Part shown: one piece after another, positions 32,155 to 41,800 of the stretch | Layout of the letters: each line of letters starts with the position of its first letter | Numbering within the stretch: the first letter of the stretch is position 1 | NCBI GenBank assembly: GCA_963728915.1 | Contig: CAVSLV010000002.1 | Location: 256,001 to 320,000, forward strand | Reading direction: 5' to 3' | DNA: 64,000 nucleotides | Origin: an uncultured Gemmatimonadales bacterium | GTDB lineage: Bacteria > Gemmatimonadota > Gemmatimonadetes > Gemmatimonadales > GWC2-71-9 | The notes under the pieces: model-generated | Database searches by the model: none | Told to the model about the DNA's origin: nothing | What the model saw: only the letters and a program-made list of their open reading frames with translations | Program-made: the position numbers and the translations under genes

Positions 32155-35100
32155 ATGGTCAGCCGCAACTCCCGCCTGTCGTTAACCGACGCGAGTGCCC
32201 TCGCCGAGCGGCTGTACGCCGTTCGAGCCAGGACGTCCGAGCTTCCATCCGAACGGGACCAGAACGTCCTCCTCGAGTCCGAGTCCGGGGACCGCTTCAT
32301 CCTCAAGCTGGCCAACATCGCCGAACCGCGTCAGGTGCTTGAGGCCGAGTGTGCCGTCATGCTCCACCTCGCGCCAGGCGGACTCACTCCCCGGCTGATC
32401 CCGACCGTAGGTGGCGATGCGATCGGCCGCCACGGCTCCCAGTTCGTGCGACTCACTTCGGCACTGCCGGGTACTACTCTCGGAACCGCGCGTCTCCACA
32501 CCGACACCCTGCGACGCGACCTCGGCCGTGCGGTCGGCCGCCTGGGTCGCGCGCTCGAGACCTTCGATCATCCCGGCTTCCATCGGGATTTCTATTGGGA
32601 CTTGGCGAACGGAGAGCGCATCGTCGAGAGCTTCCTCCCCCTGGTCGCCGACCTGGAGCTCGCCGACCAGATCAGAGATTTCGCAGTGTACCATAAGGCC
32701 CATGTCGTCCCGCTTCTCTCGGGGTTCCAGCGCGGCGTCATCCATGGTGACCTCAACGACTACAACATCCTCATCGACGAGGCGCACCAGTCAGTCACCG
32801 GGATCCTGGACTTTGGCGACATGGTGTACAGCCACACGGTCAACGATGTGGCGATCGCCTGTGCCTATGTTGCCCTGAGCGCCGAGGATCCCCTGGCCGC
32901 AGCGGCAGCGGTCGTGGCCGGCCGCCACGAGACGTATCCACTGACCGAGTCCGAGCTCGAGGCACTTTTCAGCTTGATGTGCATGCGGCTCTGCATGAGC
33001 GCGTGCATCGCGGCCAAACAGACCGCGGAACGGCCCGGGGACGACTACCTCCGGATCAGCCAGGGACCCGTCGCCAGAACGTTGCCGCTCCTCTTGGGCG
33101 TCCATCCCCGATTTGCGCACTACACCTTTCGCGACGCATGTGGCCTGCCGCCGGTGCCGCATGCCCCTCGGGTTACGGCCTGGCTGGCGGAGAATTCCGC
33201 CAGGTTTGCGCCCCTGATCGGCCGGGATCTTCGCACGACCAAAGTGGCACCGATCGATCTCAGCGCCGGCAGTGCGCTCGTGTCCAGCGAGCCGTCCCAA
33301 AATGGCCCTGCAGAGCTCGATCGCCGCATTCAGCGCCGGCTCGACGAATATGGCGCGACGGTCGGTGCGGGAGGATACGCCGAGGCTCGGCTGATCTACG
33401 ATTGGCCCAACGAACCGACCGGAGTCGAGCCGCGGACGATCCATATCGGACTCGACCTCTCGCTGCCGGCCGGGACCCCGCTTCATGCCCCACTCGATGG
33501 CAGCGTACATGGGTTCGAGAACGCGGCAGCTTACCACGACTACGGGCCGGTCATCGTGCTGCGCCATCGGACCGACGGTCCCGAGCCCGTGGAGTTCTAT
33601 TCACTGTACGGACACCTGTCCTGCGACTCGCTCAAGGGACTACGGATTGGACAGCCGATCGCCAATGGTCAGGTGTTCGCGCGGGTCGGCAGCGCGCCCA
33701 CTAACGGCGACTGGTGGACCCACCTGCACTTCCAGCTCGTCACCGACCTCCTCGACGTCCCCTGCAACGTGGACGGTGTCGTCCACGCCAGCCAGCGACA
33801 GGTCTGGAAGAGTCTCTGCCCCAACCCGAACCTGATCCTGGGAATTGGCGAGAAGGGGCTGCCCCATCGCGCATCGAAGTCAGCGATAGCGGCAGCGCGC
33901 GAGAAGCATGTCGGCGGCAATGTACGAGTGTCCTACGGGGCGAGCCCGCTCAACATCGTCCGCGGCTACCAGCAGTACCTCTACGACGACGTGGCCCACC
34001 GTTACCTCGACGCGTACAACAATGTGGCGCACGTGGGCCACTGCCACCCGCGGGTGGTCCGCGCGGTGAGCGAACAAGTGGCCGTGCTCAACACCAACAC
34101 GCGATACCTCCAGGAGCAGCTCACCGAGTACGCCGAGCAGCTGACGGCGCTGTTACCGGGAACGCTCAGCGTCTGCTACTTCACGGCATCGGGGAGCGAA
34201 GCCAACGAGCTAGCGCTTCGCCTCGCGCGGGCCCGCACCCGGGCCCGCGATGTGATCGTGCTGGACTCGGCGTATCACGGTCACACCACGACGCTGATCG
34301 ACATCAGCCCCTACAAGCATGCGGGTCCGCGCGGGGAGGGCGCGCCGGATTGGGTGCACCGGGCGCCGCTCCCCGACGTGTATCGCGCGCGTGGCATCCA
34401 GGGTGATCCCGGCGCGTGGTTTGCGGCGCGGGTCGGAGACCTGATTGCCAATATCGCCGCGAAGGGTCGCCGTCTCTCAGCCTTCATCGCCGAGACCTGC
34501 CCCAGCGTAGGCGGGCAGATCATGCCGCCCTCGAGGTTCCTGGCGGACGTCTACGCGCGGGTGCGCGGGGCCGGCGGGCTCTGCATCGCCGACGAGGTTC
34601 AGACCGGCTTCGGCCGTCTGGGCACCCACTTCTGGGCCTTCGAGGCCCAGGGGTCTACCCCGGACATTGTGGTCCTCGGCAAGCCGATTGCCAATGGCTA
34701 TCCGATGGGGGCGGTGATCACCACGCGCGATATCGCCGAAAGCTTCGACAACGGCATGGAGTTCTTCAGCACCTTCGGCGGCAGCACCGCCGCGTGCGTG
34801 GCCGGCCGCATGACATTGCAGGTAACGCTCGACGAGAATCTCCAGCGGAACGCTCTTCTCGTGGGCGAGCGGATGTTGAGCGGACTCCGGAACTTGATGG
34901 GCGAGTTCGAGATCGTCGGGGATGTGCGGGGAACCGGACTCTTCCTCGGCGTCGAGCTGGTTCGTGACCGGCAGACCCTCGAGCCGGCACCCGCCGAAGC
35001 GAGCTTCGTAGTCGATCGCATGCGCCAGCGCGGCGTGCTGGTCGGCACCGACGGGCCGTACCACAACGTGATCAAGATCCGCGGCCCGATGCCACTCTCT

Positions 35101-35175
35101 CTTGCCGACGCCGACCAGGTCGTGGACACACTCTCCCGCGTGCTCCGCGAGCTGCCGGCGACCCTAAACGAATGA
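32155..35175 (+). CDS. Fusion of APH-type kinase, M23-like domain and class III PLP aminotransferase/phospho-lyase
   Basis: Kinase IHGDLNDYN and LDFGD. M23 IHIGLD, LYGHLS and HLHFQ. AT-III YLDAYNNVAHVGH, DEVQTGFGR and GKPIANG. Confidence 0.9.
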   Translation: MVSRNSRLSLTDASALAERLYAVRARTSELPSERDQNVLLESESGDRFILKLANIAEPRQVLEAECAVMLHLAPGGLTPRLIPTVGGDAIGRHGSQFVRLTSALPGTTLGTARLHTDTLRRDLGRAVGRLGRALETFDHPGFHRDFYWDLANGERIVESFLPLVADLELADQIRDFAVYHKAHVVPLLSGFQRGVIHGDLNDYNILIDEAHQSVTGILDFGDMVYSHTVNDVAIACAYVALSAEDPLAAAAAVVAGRHETYPLTESELEALFSLMCMRLCMSACIAAKQTAERPGDDYLRISQGPVARTLPLLLGVHPRFAHYTFRDACGLPPVPHAPRVTAWLAENSARFAPLIGRDLRTTKVAPIDLSAGSALVSSEPSQNGPAELDRRIQRRLDEYGATVGAGGYAEARLIYDWPNEPTGVEPRTIHIGLDLSLPAGTPLHAPLDGSVHGFENAAAYHDYGPVIVLRHRTDGPEPVEFYSLYGHLSCDSLKGLRIGQPIANGQVFARVGSAPTNGDWWTHLHFQLVTDLLDVPCNVDGVVHASQRQVWKSLCPNPNLILGIGEKGLPHRASKSAIAAAREKHVGGNVRVSYGASPLNIVRGYQQYLYDDVAHRYLDAYNNVAHVGHCHPRVVRAVSEQVAVLNTNTRYLQEQLTEYAEQLTALLPGTLSVCYFTASGSEANELALRLARARTRARDVIVLDSAYHGHTTTLIDISPYKHAGPRGEGAPDWVHRAPLPDVYRARGIQGDPGAWFAARVGDLIANIAAKGRRLSAFIAETCPSVGGQIMPPSRFLADVYARVRGAGGLCIADEVQTGFGRLGTHFWAFEAQGSTPDIVVLGKPIANGYPMGAVITTRDIAESFDNGMEFFSTFGGSTAACVAGRMTLQVTLDENLQRNALLVGERMLSGLRNLMGEFEIVGDVRGTGLFLGVELVRDRQTLEPAPAEASFVVDRMRQRGVLVGTDGPYHNVIKIRGPMPLSLADADQVVDTLSRVLRELPATLNE

Positions 35176-35313
35176 AAGGCCGACAGCGAACCGTCGCTAC
35201 GAAGACGCCTCGCTTCGTTACACGGGAATCGAGAGCCATGAGGGCCTGACCCATTACGGGCTCTACGACACGGTGGTCGCACGAGAATAGGACCACAATA
35301 AGCGCCGCGCGCC

Positions 35314-35946
35314 TTACTTGGATGGCTCGTGCTTCTCCGATCGCGTCGCAACGACGCTACCATCGGCATCACACACTTCTGCTGGGAAGAGGGATTTCTC
35401 AAGATGGACCAATCGCAGCCTCCGCGCATCTGAGGTTTGTCCCGCGGCAGCAACCAGCTCCATGCTGAACGGACGTCCAATTGGGGCGATTACACGAATA
35501 TCCTTGTGCGGGAATCTCGCTTTTATCATCTTGACCGCTGGGGTGAGATCGGAGTCGCCGGTCAGCAGCAGAGCACGGTCAAAGCGATTCTCGTAGGCGT
35601 CCTGGACCAGTCGGATCCCAATGTTGACGTCGGTTTCTTTTTCTTCATGGTCCTTCCAAGCATGCTGGCATGAATGGCAATGTCGATCCTTCTCTTTGAA
35701 CCGGCCAAGTACGGCTGATACTCCTACCGTTTCCAGCGCCTTGACGAAGGCTCGGTGCCTTGCAAAAGCGTCCGCGCGCCAGGTTGCGAACGCAGAGAAG
35801 TAGTCGACTGCAACAAGCTCGTGATCCGGCCGAGGTGCGAACATAAGGCAGAGCTGCCAGAGATTCAGCCACTTCAAATCGTGCCGCCCCAATTCATCGA
35901 TGGCGTGGTAGAGATTGAAGCCATCGATGTACGAGCTGACTCGCAT
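35314..35946 (-). CDS. NYN (LabA/DUF88, PIN-like) domain nuclease with CxxC insertion
   Basis: YIDGFNLYH, CHSC, EEKETDVNI and LLTGDSDL acidic active-site motifs. Visibly more AT-rich than flanking genes. Confidence 0.9.
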   Translation of the reverse strand: MRVSSYIDGFNLYHAIDELGRHDLKWLNLWQLCLMFAPRPDHELVAVDYFSAFATWRADAFARHRAFVKALETVGVSAVLGRFKEKDRHCHSCQHAWKDHEEKETDVNIGIRLVQDAYENRFDRALLLTGDSDLTPAVKMIKARFPHKDIRVIAPIGRPFSMELVAAAGQTSDARRLRLVHLEKSLFPAEVCDADGSVVATRSEKHEPSK

Positions 35947-35965
35947 CGGGCGTGCTCCGCAAAGT

Positions 35966-36015
35966 AAAAGCCCGTGGACCGGAGCCCACGGGCACCACCG
36001 GGTCATGCCCGGCGG
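35966..36015 (-). promoter_or_regulatory. Structured leader of the NYN gene: two hairpins, the second terminator-like
   Basis: Minus strand CCGCCGGG-CATGA-CCCGGTGG (one G-U pair), then GCCCGTGG-N8-CCACGGGC-TTTT, ending about 20 nt before the ATG. Confidence 0.6.
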
Positions 36016-36251
36016 GATGAACAGATACAATATACACGTCTGTCAATACCGATTTGCTGCGTTCGGGGGGTCATTAGAACGAGCGTGGGCAGGATGCAAA
36101 ACGTTGCGCATTTCGCGGCGCAGCTAACCCGCGGGCCCCTATGTGGCGTCTCCGCGGCCGGCGACCGAATATGGAGCGTTCGCGAGACTCCCCGTAACCC
36201 GCGCTCGGCGATAACTTGGCTCGCAGGGCCGCTCAGAGGTTAGGACCCCAG

Positions 36252-36642
36252 CTACCCCACTTGCTTGAGAAATGACCGCACCTCCCAGTACACCCTGACC
36301 CGCTTGATCTTGTCATTCTGAACTCGTTAACTCACACAGAGCGGCACCACCACCATCTTTCCCGTGGGCTTGACCCCGGCGAACTTCCCGATGTGCTTCC
36401 CAACGAAGTCTGCCTCGAGCACTGCTTTCCCACCCGCCACTACCAGGTTCTTCGTCTCCGCCTTCCCTCGACTCCCTTGTGCTCGTCGCCCGTGGCCATG
36501 TTGGTGAACACCACGTCCGACGCCATCATGCTGAGATCGGCGTGCCCTGACTTGGGGTGAAGGGAATGCTGCACTTCGTGTTCACGTGGCGTTCGATGCG
36601 GATGTATTGCTCGACCGCTCGCCGGGTGCGCTCGATCGACAT
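36252..36642 (-). pseudogene. Scrambled, diverged paralog of the SnoaL-like ester cyclase at 38397-38786
   Basis: MSIERTRRAVEQYI / SDVVFTNMATGDEHKGVEG / KAETKNLVVAGGKAVLEADFVGKHIG / YWEV..FLKQVG*. Has an internal TAA, and segment 36554-36600 is displaced and inverted. Confidence 0.9.
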
Positions 36643-36668
36643 GTGTATTGGGGACTAGTGGTTAGGGG

Positions 36669-36888
36669 CTAGGGGGCTTTCGCGATCGAATCCTCGAGAC
36701 GTCGGCGAGCCGCCGCCGAGTCGGTGACTTTCAAGGCTCCTCGAACCCCGGCCGCGTTGGGCAGCTTCGAGGCGCCGATGATACTGTCCCGCTCCTGCTG
36801 GGTCAAAATTGTCCCGAGGCTTCGAGGAACAGGCCGCAAGCACCAGGAGTACCGCAGCCGCGAAGTATCGCAGGTTCAATCCGCCCAT
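36669..36888 (-). pseudogene. Small lipoprotein, frameshifted
   Basis: LVLAAC lipobox in one frame and LTQQERDSIIGASKLPNAAGVRGALKVTDSAAARRRLEDSIAKAP* in another. Confidence 0.55.
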
Positions 36889-36889
36889 A

Positions 36890-37400
36890 GAAAGACTCCC
36901 CGCCCCGAAGAGCGCCGAATAGACCAGCAGACAACCGAGCACCCAGCCGATCAGCGCCTGAGCCGTCGAATCGGGCGAGGGGCCGGCCCCCGACGCCTCG
37001 CGCACCTTCTTCCAACCCGGCCCCGACGGCTTCACGAGCTGGTAGAACCTGCTCAGCGTTTCGGGCGCCATCTGGGGGGCCCAGGAATGCCACCGTCACC
37101 CAGATGACCGTGGTCGAGAGCAACCGTCGCAATGAGCGAGAGGTCATCGGGAAGCTGGGCCCCGCTCTTCCGCGCGATGAAGAAGCCCACCGACACCACG
37201 AACGAGCCGACCATCGCGGCGATCTCGCACCAGGCGCTCACCCGACACCAGAACCATCTCAATAGGTATAGGAGCCCGGTACCCGCGCCGATCGAGAGAA
37301 TCAGAGCGAACGCCTCCCGCGCGGTGCCCAGCGCATAGGTCATGAGTGCCGCCGCGACCATGAGCCCCGCAGTGGTGAGCCGGCCCGCCAGCACGTACAC
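36890..37400 (-). pseudogene. Internal/C-terminal fragment of a sodium:solute symporter family gene
   Basis: VLAGRLTT..LM, LSIGAGTGLLYLLRWFW.RV.AW.EIAAM and ETLSRFYQLVKPSGPGW. The N-terminal majority is missing and the fragment is frameshifted. Confidence 0.8.
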
Positions 37401-37568
37401 AGGTCCTGACCAGTCGGCCAGGTGGCGAAAGCGGCGCCGTTGCCGGGTTAGGACACAGCGCCCCGCCTATTGGATCTCACAGTCCCATCCCGGCTCGCTC
37501 CGAGTGGCGTAAATTGCACCTCCCGCCCCGGGCTTATATGTTCCCGCCAGGCTTTTCAGGCCGGTCGG

Positions 37569-38372
37569 ATGGGTGTTCGCGGGTGGTTCCTCGTTGTCCT
37601 GCTCCTCCATTCCCCGGTTCTGCTCGCCGCCCAGCAGGGAATCCTGGCCGGAGTAGTCCACGATTCCGGCGGGGCTCCCCTTCCCGGCGTCGAGGTTCTG
37701 GTCCAGGGATCGGGACGACAAACCACCACCGACAAAGCCGGGCAGTTTGTGTTGACCGGACTGCCCTTCGGGCCGATGACGGTCCTGATTCGTTCGGTGG
37801 GGTTCCGACCCATCGAACGGGGGGTGATTCTGCTCAAGGGCGACACGGCCCGACTCGACCTGACCCTGACCGCCGAATCGGCGCAGACGCTTCCCGCCAT
37901 CACGACCAAGGCGCGACGGGACCCTCCGCGAGGCATGGGGATTCGGGAGTCGTTCGAGGAGCGGAGGAAGCTCGGGTTCGGGAAGTTCATCGACTCGACG
38001 GTGCTCCGCCGTAACGAGCACCGAAGGATGGTGGATCTCCTGCGGGGCATTCCCGGGATCACCTTCGTGTGGGCCCCCATACCTGATTGCCCACCGGGGG
38101 ATCTGAAGAGATGCCCCCGTGAGCTCTATGCGCGGGGGACTCGAACTGGCAGAATTTCCGGTGGGTGCTTCGCGACGATCATCGAAGACGGCATGATGAT
38201 CTATCGGTCCGATGGAGGCCTGGGTTACCCGCCCGACTGGAGTCGGGAGTTCTACATCAACGATTACGAGGCGGTCGAGGTCTATCGCAGCGCCGCGGAG
38301 ATGCCGATCGAGTTCAACGGCAGCTCGAGCCAGTGCGGCGTCATCGTGTTATGGACCCGGCGGGGTCACTGA
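37569..38372 (+). CDS. Carboxypeptidase-regulatory-like domain plus TonB plug-like domain protein (no barrel)
   Basis: Signal peptide, GVVHDSGGAPLPGVEV, FEERRKLGFGKFI and AVEVYRSAAEMPIEF...CGVIVLWTR. Confidence 0.78.
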   Translation: MGVRGWFLVVLLLHSPVLLAAQQGILAGVVHDSGGAPLPGVEVLVQGSGRQTTTDKAGQFVLTGLPFGPMTVLIRSVGFRPIERGVILLKGDTARLDLTLTAESAQTLPAITTKARRDPPRGMGIRESFEERRKLGFGKFIDSTVLRRNEHRRMVDLLRGIPGITFVWAPIPDCPPGDLKRCPRELYARGTRTGRISGGCFATIIEDGMMIYRSDGGLGYPPDWSREFYINDYEAVEVYRSAAEMPIEFNGSSSQCGVIVLWTRRGH

Positions 38373-38396
38373 ACCGGGTCCCCGCTCGAGGACCGG

Positions 38397-38786
38397 CTAC
38401 CCCACCTGCTTCAGGAAGGCCGGCACTTCCCAGTACACCCGGCCCCGCTTGATCTTGTCGTTCTCCAGGTCGTAGGTCACGCAGAGGGGTACCCGCACCT
38501 GCTTGCCGGTCGGCTTGACCCCGGCGAACTCCCCGATGTGCTTGCCGACAAAATCGGCCTCGAACACCGCTTTCCCGTCGGCCACAACCAGGTTCCTGGT
38601 TTCGGCTTTGGCGTCGAACGCGACGTGGTACACGAAGTTGAGCATCTGTTTGACCCCTTCCACCCCGCGATGCTCGTCGCCCGTGGCCATGTTGGTGAAC
38701 ACCACATCGCTCGCCAACATACTGAGATCAGTGTGGTTCGACTGGATGTACCGTTCCACCGCCTTCCGGGTACCGTCGACCGACAT
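38397..38786 (-). CDS. SnoaL-like ester cyclase / NTF2-fold protein
   Basis: GGAGGAG RBS and FVGKHIGEFAGVKPTGKQVRVP....YDLENDKI. Confidence 0.88.
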   Translation of the reverse strand: MSVDGTRKAVERYIQSNHTDLSMLASDVVFTNMATGDEHRGVEGVKQMLNFVYHVAFDAKAETRNLVVADGKAVFEADFVGKHIGEFAGVKPTGKQVRVPLCVTYDLENDKIKRGRVYWEVPAFLKQVG

Positions 38787-38800
38787 GGTGCTCCTCCGGG

Positions 38801-41800
38801 TCAGGGTTTCGGGTTCGGGTTGGGCTTCTTCTCCCGCGACAGCGACCTGTAATACTCCTCCACCAGCGCCCGATACTCCGGCGGGGCCTGGGAGGGTGAC
38901 CCCACTGCTGGACCCTTATCGCCATTCTGGGTCAGGGCCCGCCAGAGCCGGAACTCCCAGGTCTTGAGCCCTTCGATGATGGATTGCTGGAGATCCTGCA
39001 TCCGGGCCGGATCCCGGAACGGCTCCCCGGTCTCGAGTTGCCGGAGCCCTCGGATCGCGCGGTCCAGCTCACCCAGCTCGATCCCTTCCTGACGAGCCAC
39101 CTCGCGCCGGAGACTCTCCGCCGCTTCCCGGCGGAGTCGGTACTCCCGGCTCAGCTGCCGGGCCGCTTCGCCCGTGATCGGCCCACCGCCTCCGCCGGCG
39201 GGATTGCCTCCCCCGCCCATCGGATTCGGCCCTAACCCGCCCTGGTTGCCGCCCCGCGGCTGCCCGGCCTGGCCACCACCCTGCCCCTGTCCTGGCTGGC
39301 CTCCCGGTTGCCCACCCGGGGCCTGACCCGGTTGACCCCCTGGTTGCCCTCCCTGCTCCTGTCCGCCTGTCCGCCGGTCCGCCTGTCCGCCCCGTTCCTG
39401 CCCGCCGGTCCGCCGGTCCGCCGGTCCGCCCGTTCTGTCTCTCATCGACTCCAGCCCCCGCACCAGGTTCCGCGCCTGGTCGAGCGCCCGGTCCCGCTTA
39501 TCATCGGCCGATTCGCCCAGCGCCCCGACTGCCTCGCGCAGCTTGTCGGCGGCATCACTCAACCCCTGGGTGATCTGCCCCTCGAATTGATTGGCGTAGT
39601 CCGGCGAATTCCCCCGCATCACACCCTTCGAATAGACGATGCGGTCCCGGATCCGCCCGCTCTGGAGCTGCTCCGCCGCCTGCCCCGCCCGGCCCGCGGC
39701 GCCGGGCTGCTCGCGGCGCCCTTCCCGGGCGGCGCGCTCCGCGTCCGACTGGAGCCGGTCCACTTCGGCGGCCAGCCCGTCCTTCCGCTCATCCAGCCGC
39801 TGGAGCCGCTGGTTCCGTTCCGCCGGAGAAGCGCCCCCTAACCCGCGGACCTGCTCCGCGATATCCCGCTGCCGCTCGGCGAGGTCCCGGGCCCGGCGCT
39901 CGAGGTCGCGCACCTGATCCGCGAGGCCGTTGCTCCGGGAGTTCTCCAGGTCCTTGGTGGCCCGGCGAAGCCGGTCCAGCGCATTCCCGCCCTGCGCCGC
40001 CGACCCCGTGGCATCGCTGCCCGCCTTTCGCATCGCATCGGCGGCATCCTTGAGTTGCCGCGCCGTTTCGGCGAGCTGCGGGTTGTTCTGCTCCCGGGCC
40101 AGCCGCTCCAGTCGCCGCGCTTCTTCCTCGGCTTGCCGGGCCAGATCACGCTGACCACCCCCGCCCCCACCCCCACCCCCACCCCCGGCGGCGCCGCTCT
40201 GCTGCCCGGTCCGATCCCGAAGCGCATCGGCGGCCCGCTGCATCCGCTCGTTTTCCTGCTGCTGACGGGCCGCGAGCTGGCGCAGCCGTTCGGCGATTGC
40301 ATCCACCTCCTGCTGGGCGGTTTGCGACCGCTCCCGCTGGACCTGTTCGTACTGGTTCTGCAGCTTGTCGTTCTCCAGCTCGAACAGGTCGGCCAGGTCT
40401 TCGGCCCGGGATTGCTGCGCACCGCCCCCGCCGCCCCCGCCCCCGCCGCCGAGCTGAACCTGGACATCCCGATACACCGCCTCGGCCCGCTGCACGTGCT
40501 GGAGCGCCCGCTCCTCACCCGGAAGCGCGTCGCGCGCTTTGCCGGTGCCGAGCTGCTCTTCCGCGGTCTGCATTTCCTTCCCCGCGGCGTCGAGCTCGTC
40601 CTTGATCTTGGCGAAGCTGGTGTCGCTCGACGCCACGTTGCGTTCCACCAGCCGGCGCACCAGTCCCTGCACATCCTGCTTGAGCCGGCCCTGGCTGATG
40701 GCAAGAGTGGTCAGATCTTCCTTGCGCTGCTTCTCCACGGTGGCGGAGCTGTCGCGGAGCCAGTTGAACGTCCCCGCGATCACCTCACGCTGGCGGGCCG
40801 AGAGCCCTTCCGGTGAATCGGCGCCGCCACCACCTCCCCCTCCACCGCCGGATTCCGCCTGGCGATAGTCGCGGCCGAACGGGCGCACCTCCAGGAAGTA
40901 GATATCGCTCGAACCGGTGTTTCCGGCTCCGTCCCTGGCGGTGGCATGATACGAGATCAGGTCGCCGGCCTTGAGGCTCATCTCCTCGAGGAAGAGGGTA
41001 CGCGCCGCGCGGAGGTCCGCGGAGGAAGTCTTTCCGGAGTCGGCGACCGTAACCCGCTGCTCCGGACCCCCGTTCACCGAGTACAGCAGCTCGAGCCCGG
41101 TCACCCCGTAATCATCGGAGGCCGCCAGCGCGATCGTGACTTCCTCGACCGAGGTCACCTTGGTGTCCCGGCCCGGCTGCTCGATCCGGACCGTGGGCTT
41201 GTGGTCCTCCAGCGCTTCGATCACGTATTGCAGCGAGCCCGGAACCGGGGTGCCATCCGGCGCCACCAGGTCCACCCGGTAGAAGCCGTCCTTCGCGATC
41301 CGGAAGCTCCCGCTCCAGCGGCCCGCCGAGTCGGCCGCGAGCGGGATCACGGTCCCGTCATCGAGGCGAACCGAGGCGCCCTTGGCGGCGCGGGTTACTG
41401 TCGTCCGCACCCGGACCGTCGTCCCGGTCAGCGCCGCCACGTCTCCACCCGGATCCATGGTCTCGGGCGCGAGCCCGGTGTAGGCCGGATAGTGGAGCGT
41501 GAGGGCAAGGCTCTGGACTGCGGGCAGATCGGTGACCGACAGCTTGTAGGCGGGAGACTTCACGCCCTCCGACTCCACGAAGTACTCGGTCGCCCGCACC
41601 AGGTCGAACACCCGCGCCGAGAACGTACCGGCCGCCGAATCGCGCTGCATGGGAACCCGGAGCCACTCGCTCGCCGTGTCCGCGCGCATCACCAGCTCGG
41701 CCCCGTCGGATTCGAATCCGCGAAGAGAGGCCTCGACCTGCACCGCACCGCCCCGGGGCACCGACGCGTTGCCCGGGGTGACTGAGATCGCGACCACCGG

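Noticed and set aside
35168..35290. Short open frame ending ...SHEGLTHYGLYDTVVARE*
   Set aside because: It has no start codon or RBS and no recognisable homology. It may be a gene remnant, but this cannot be supported.
35176..37460. Canonical integron cassette array
   Set aside because: No intI is present, the GTTAGG matches lack proper attC box spacing, and the same motif is common inside ordinary genes. It is kept only as a weak hypothesis in the findings.
40158..40850. C-rich tracts as phase-variable or G-quadruplex elements
   Set aside because: They encode in-frame poly-Gly linkers with mixed codons in the DUF4175-like protein.
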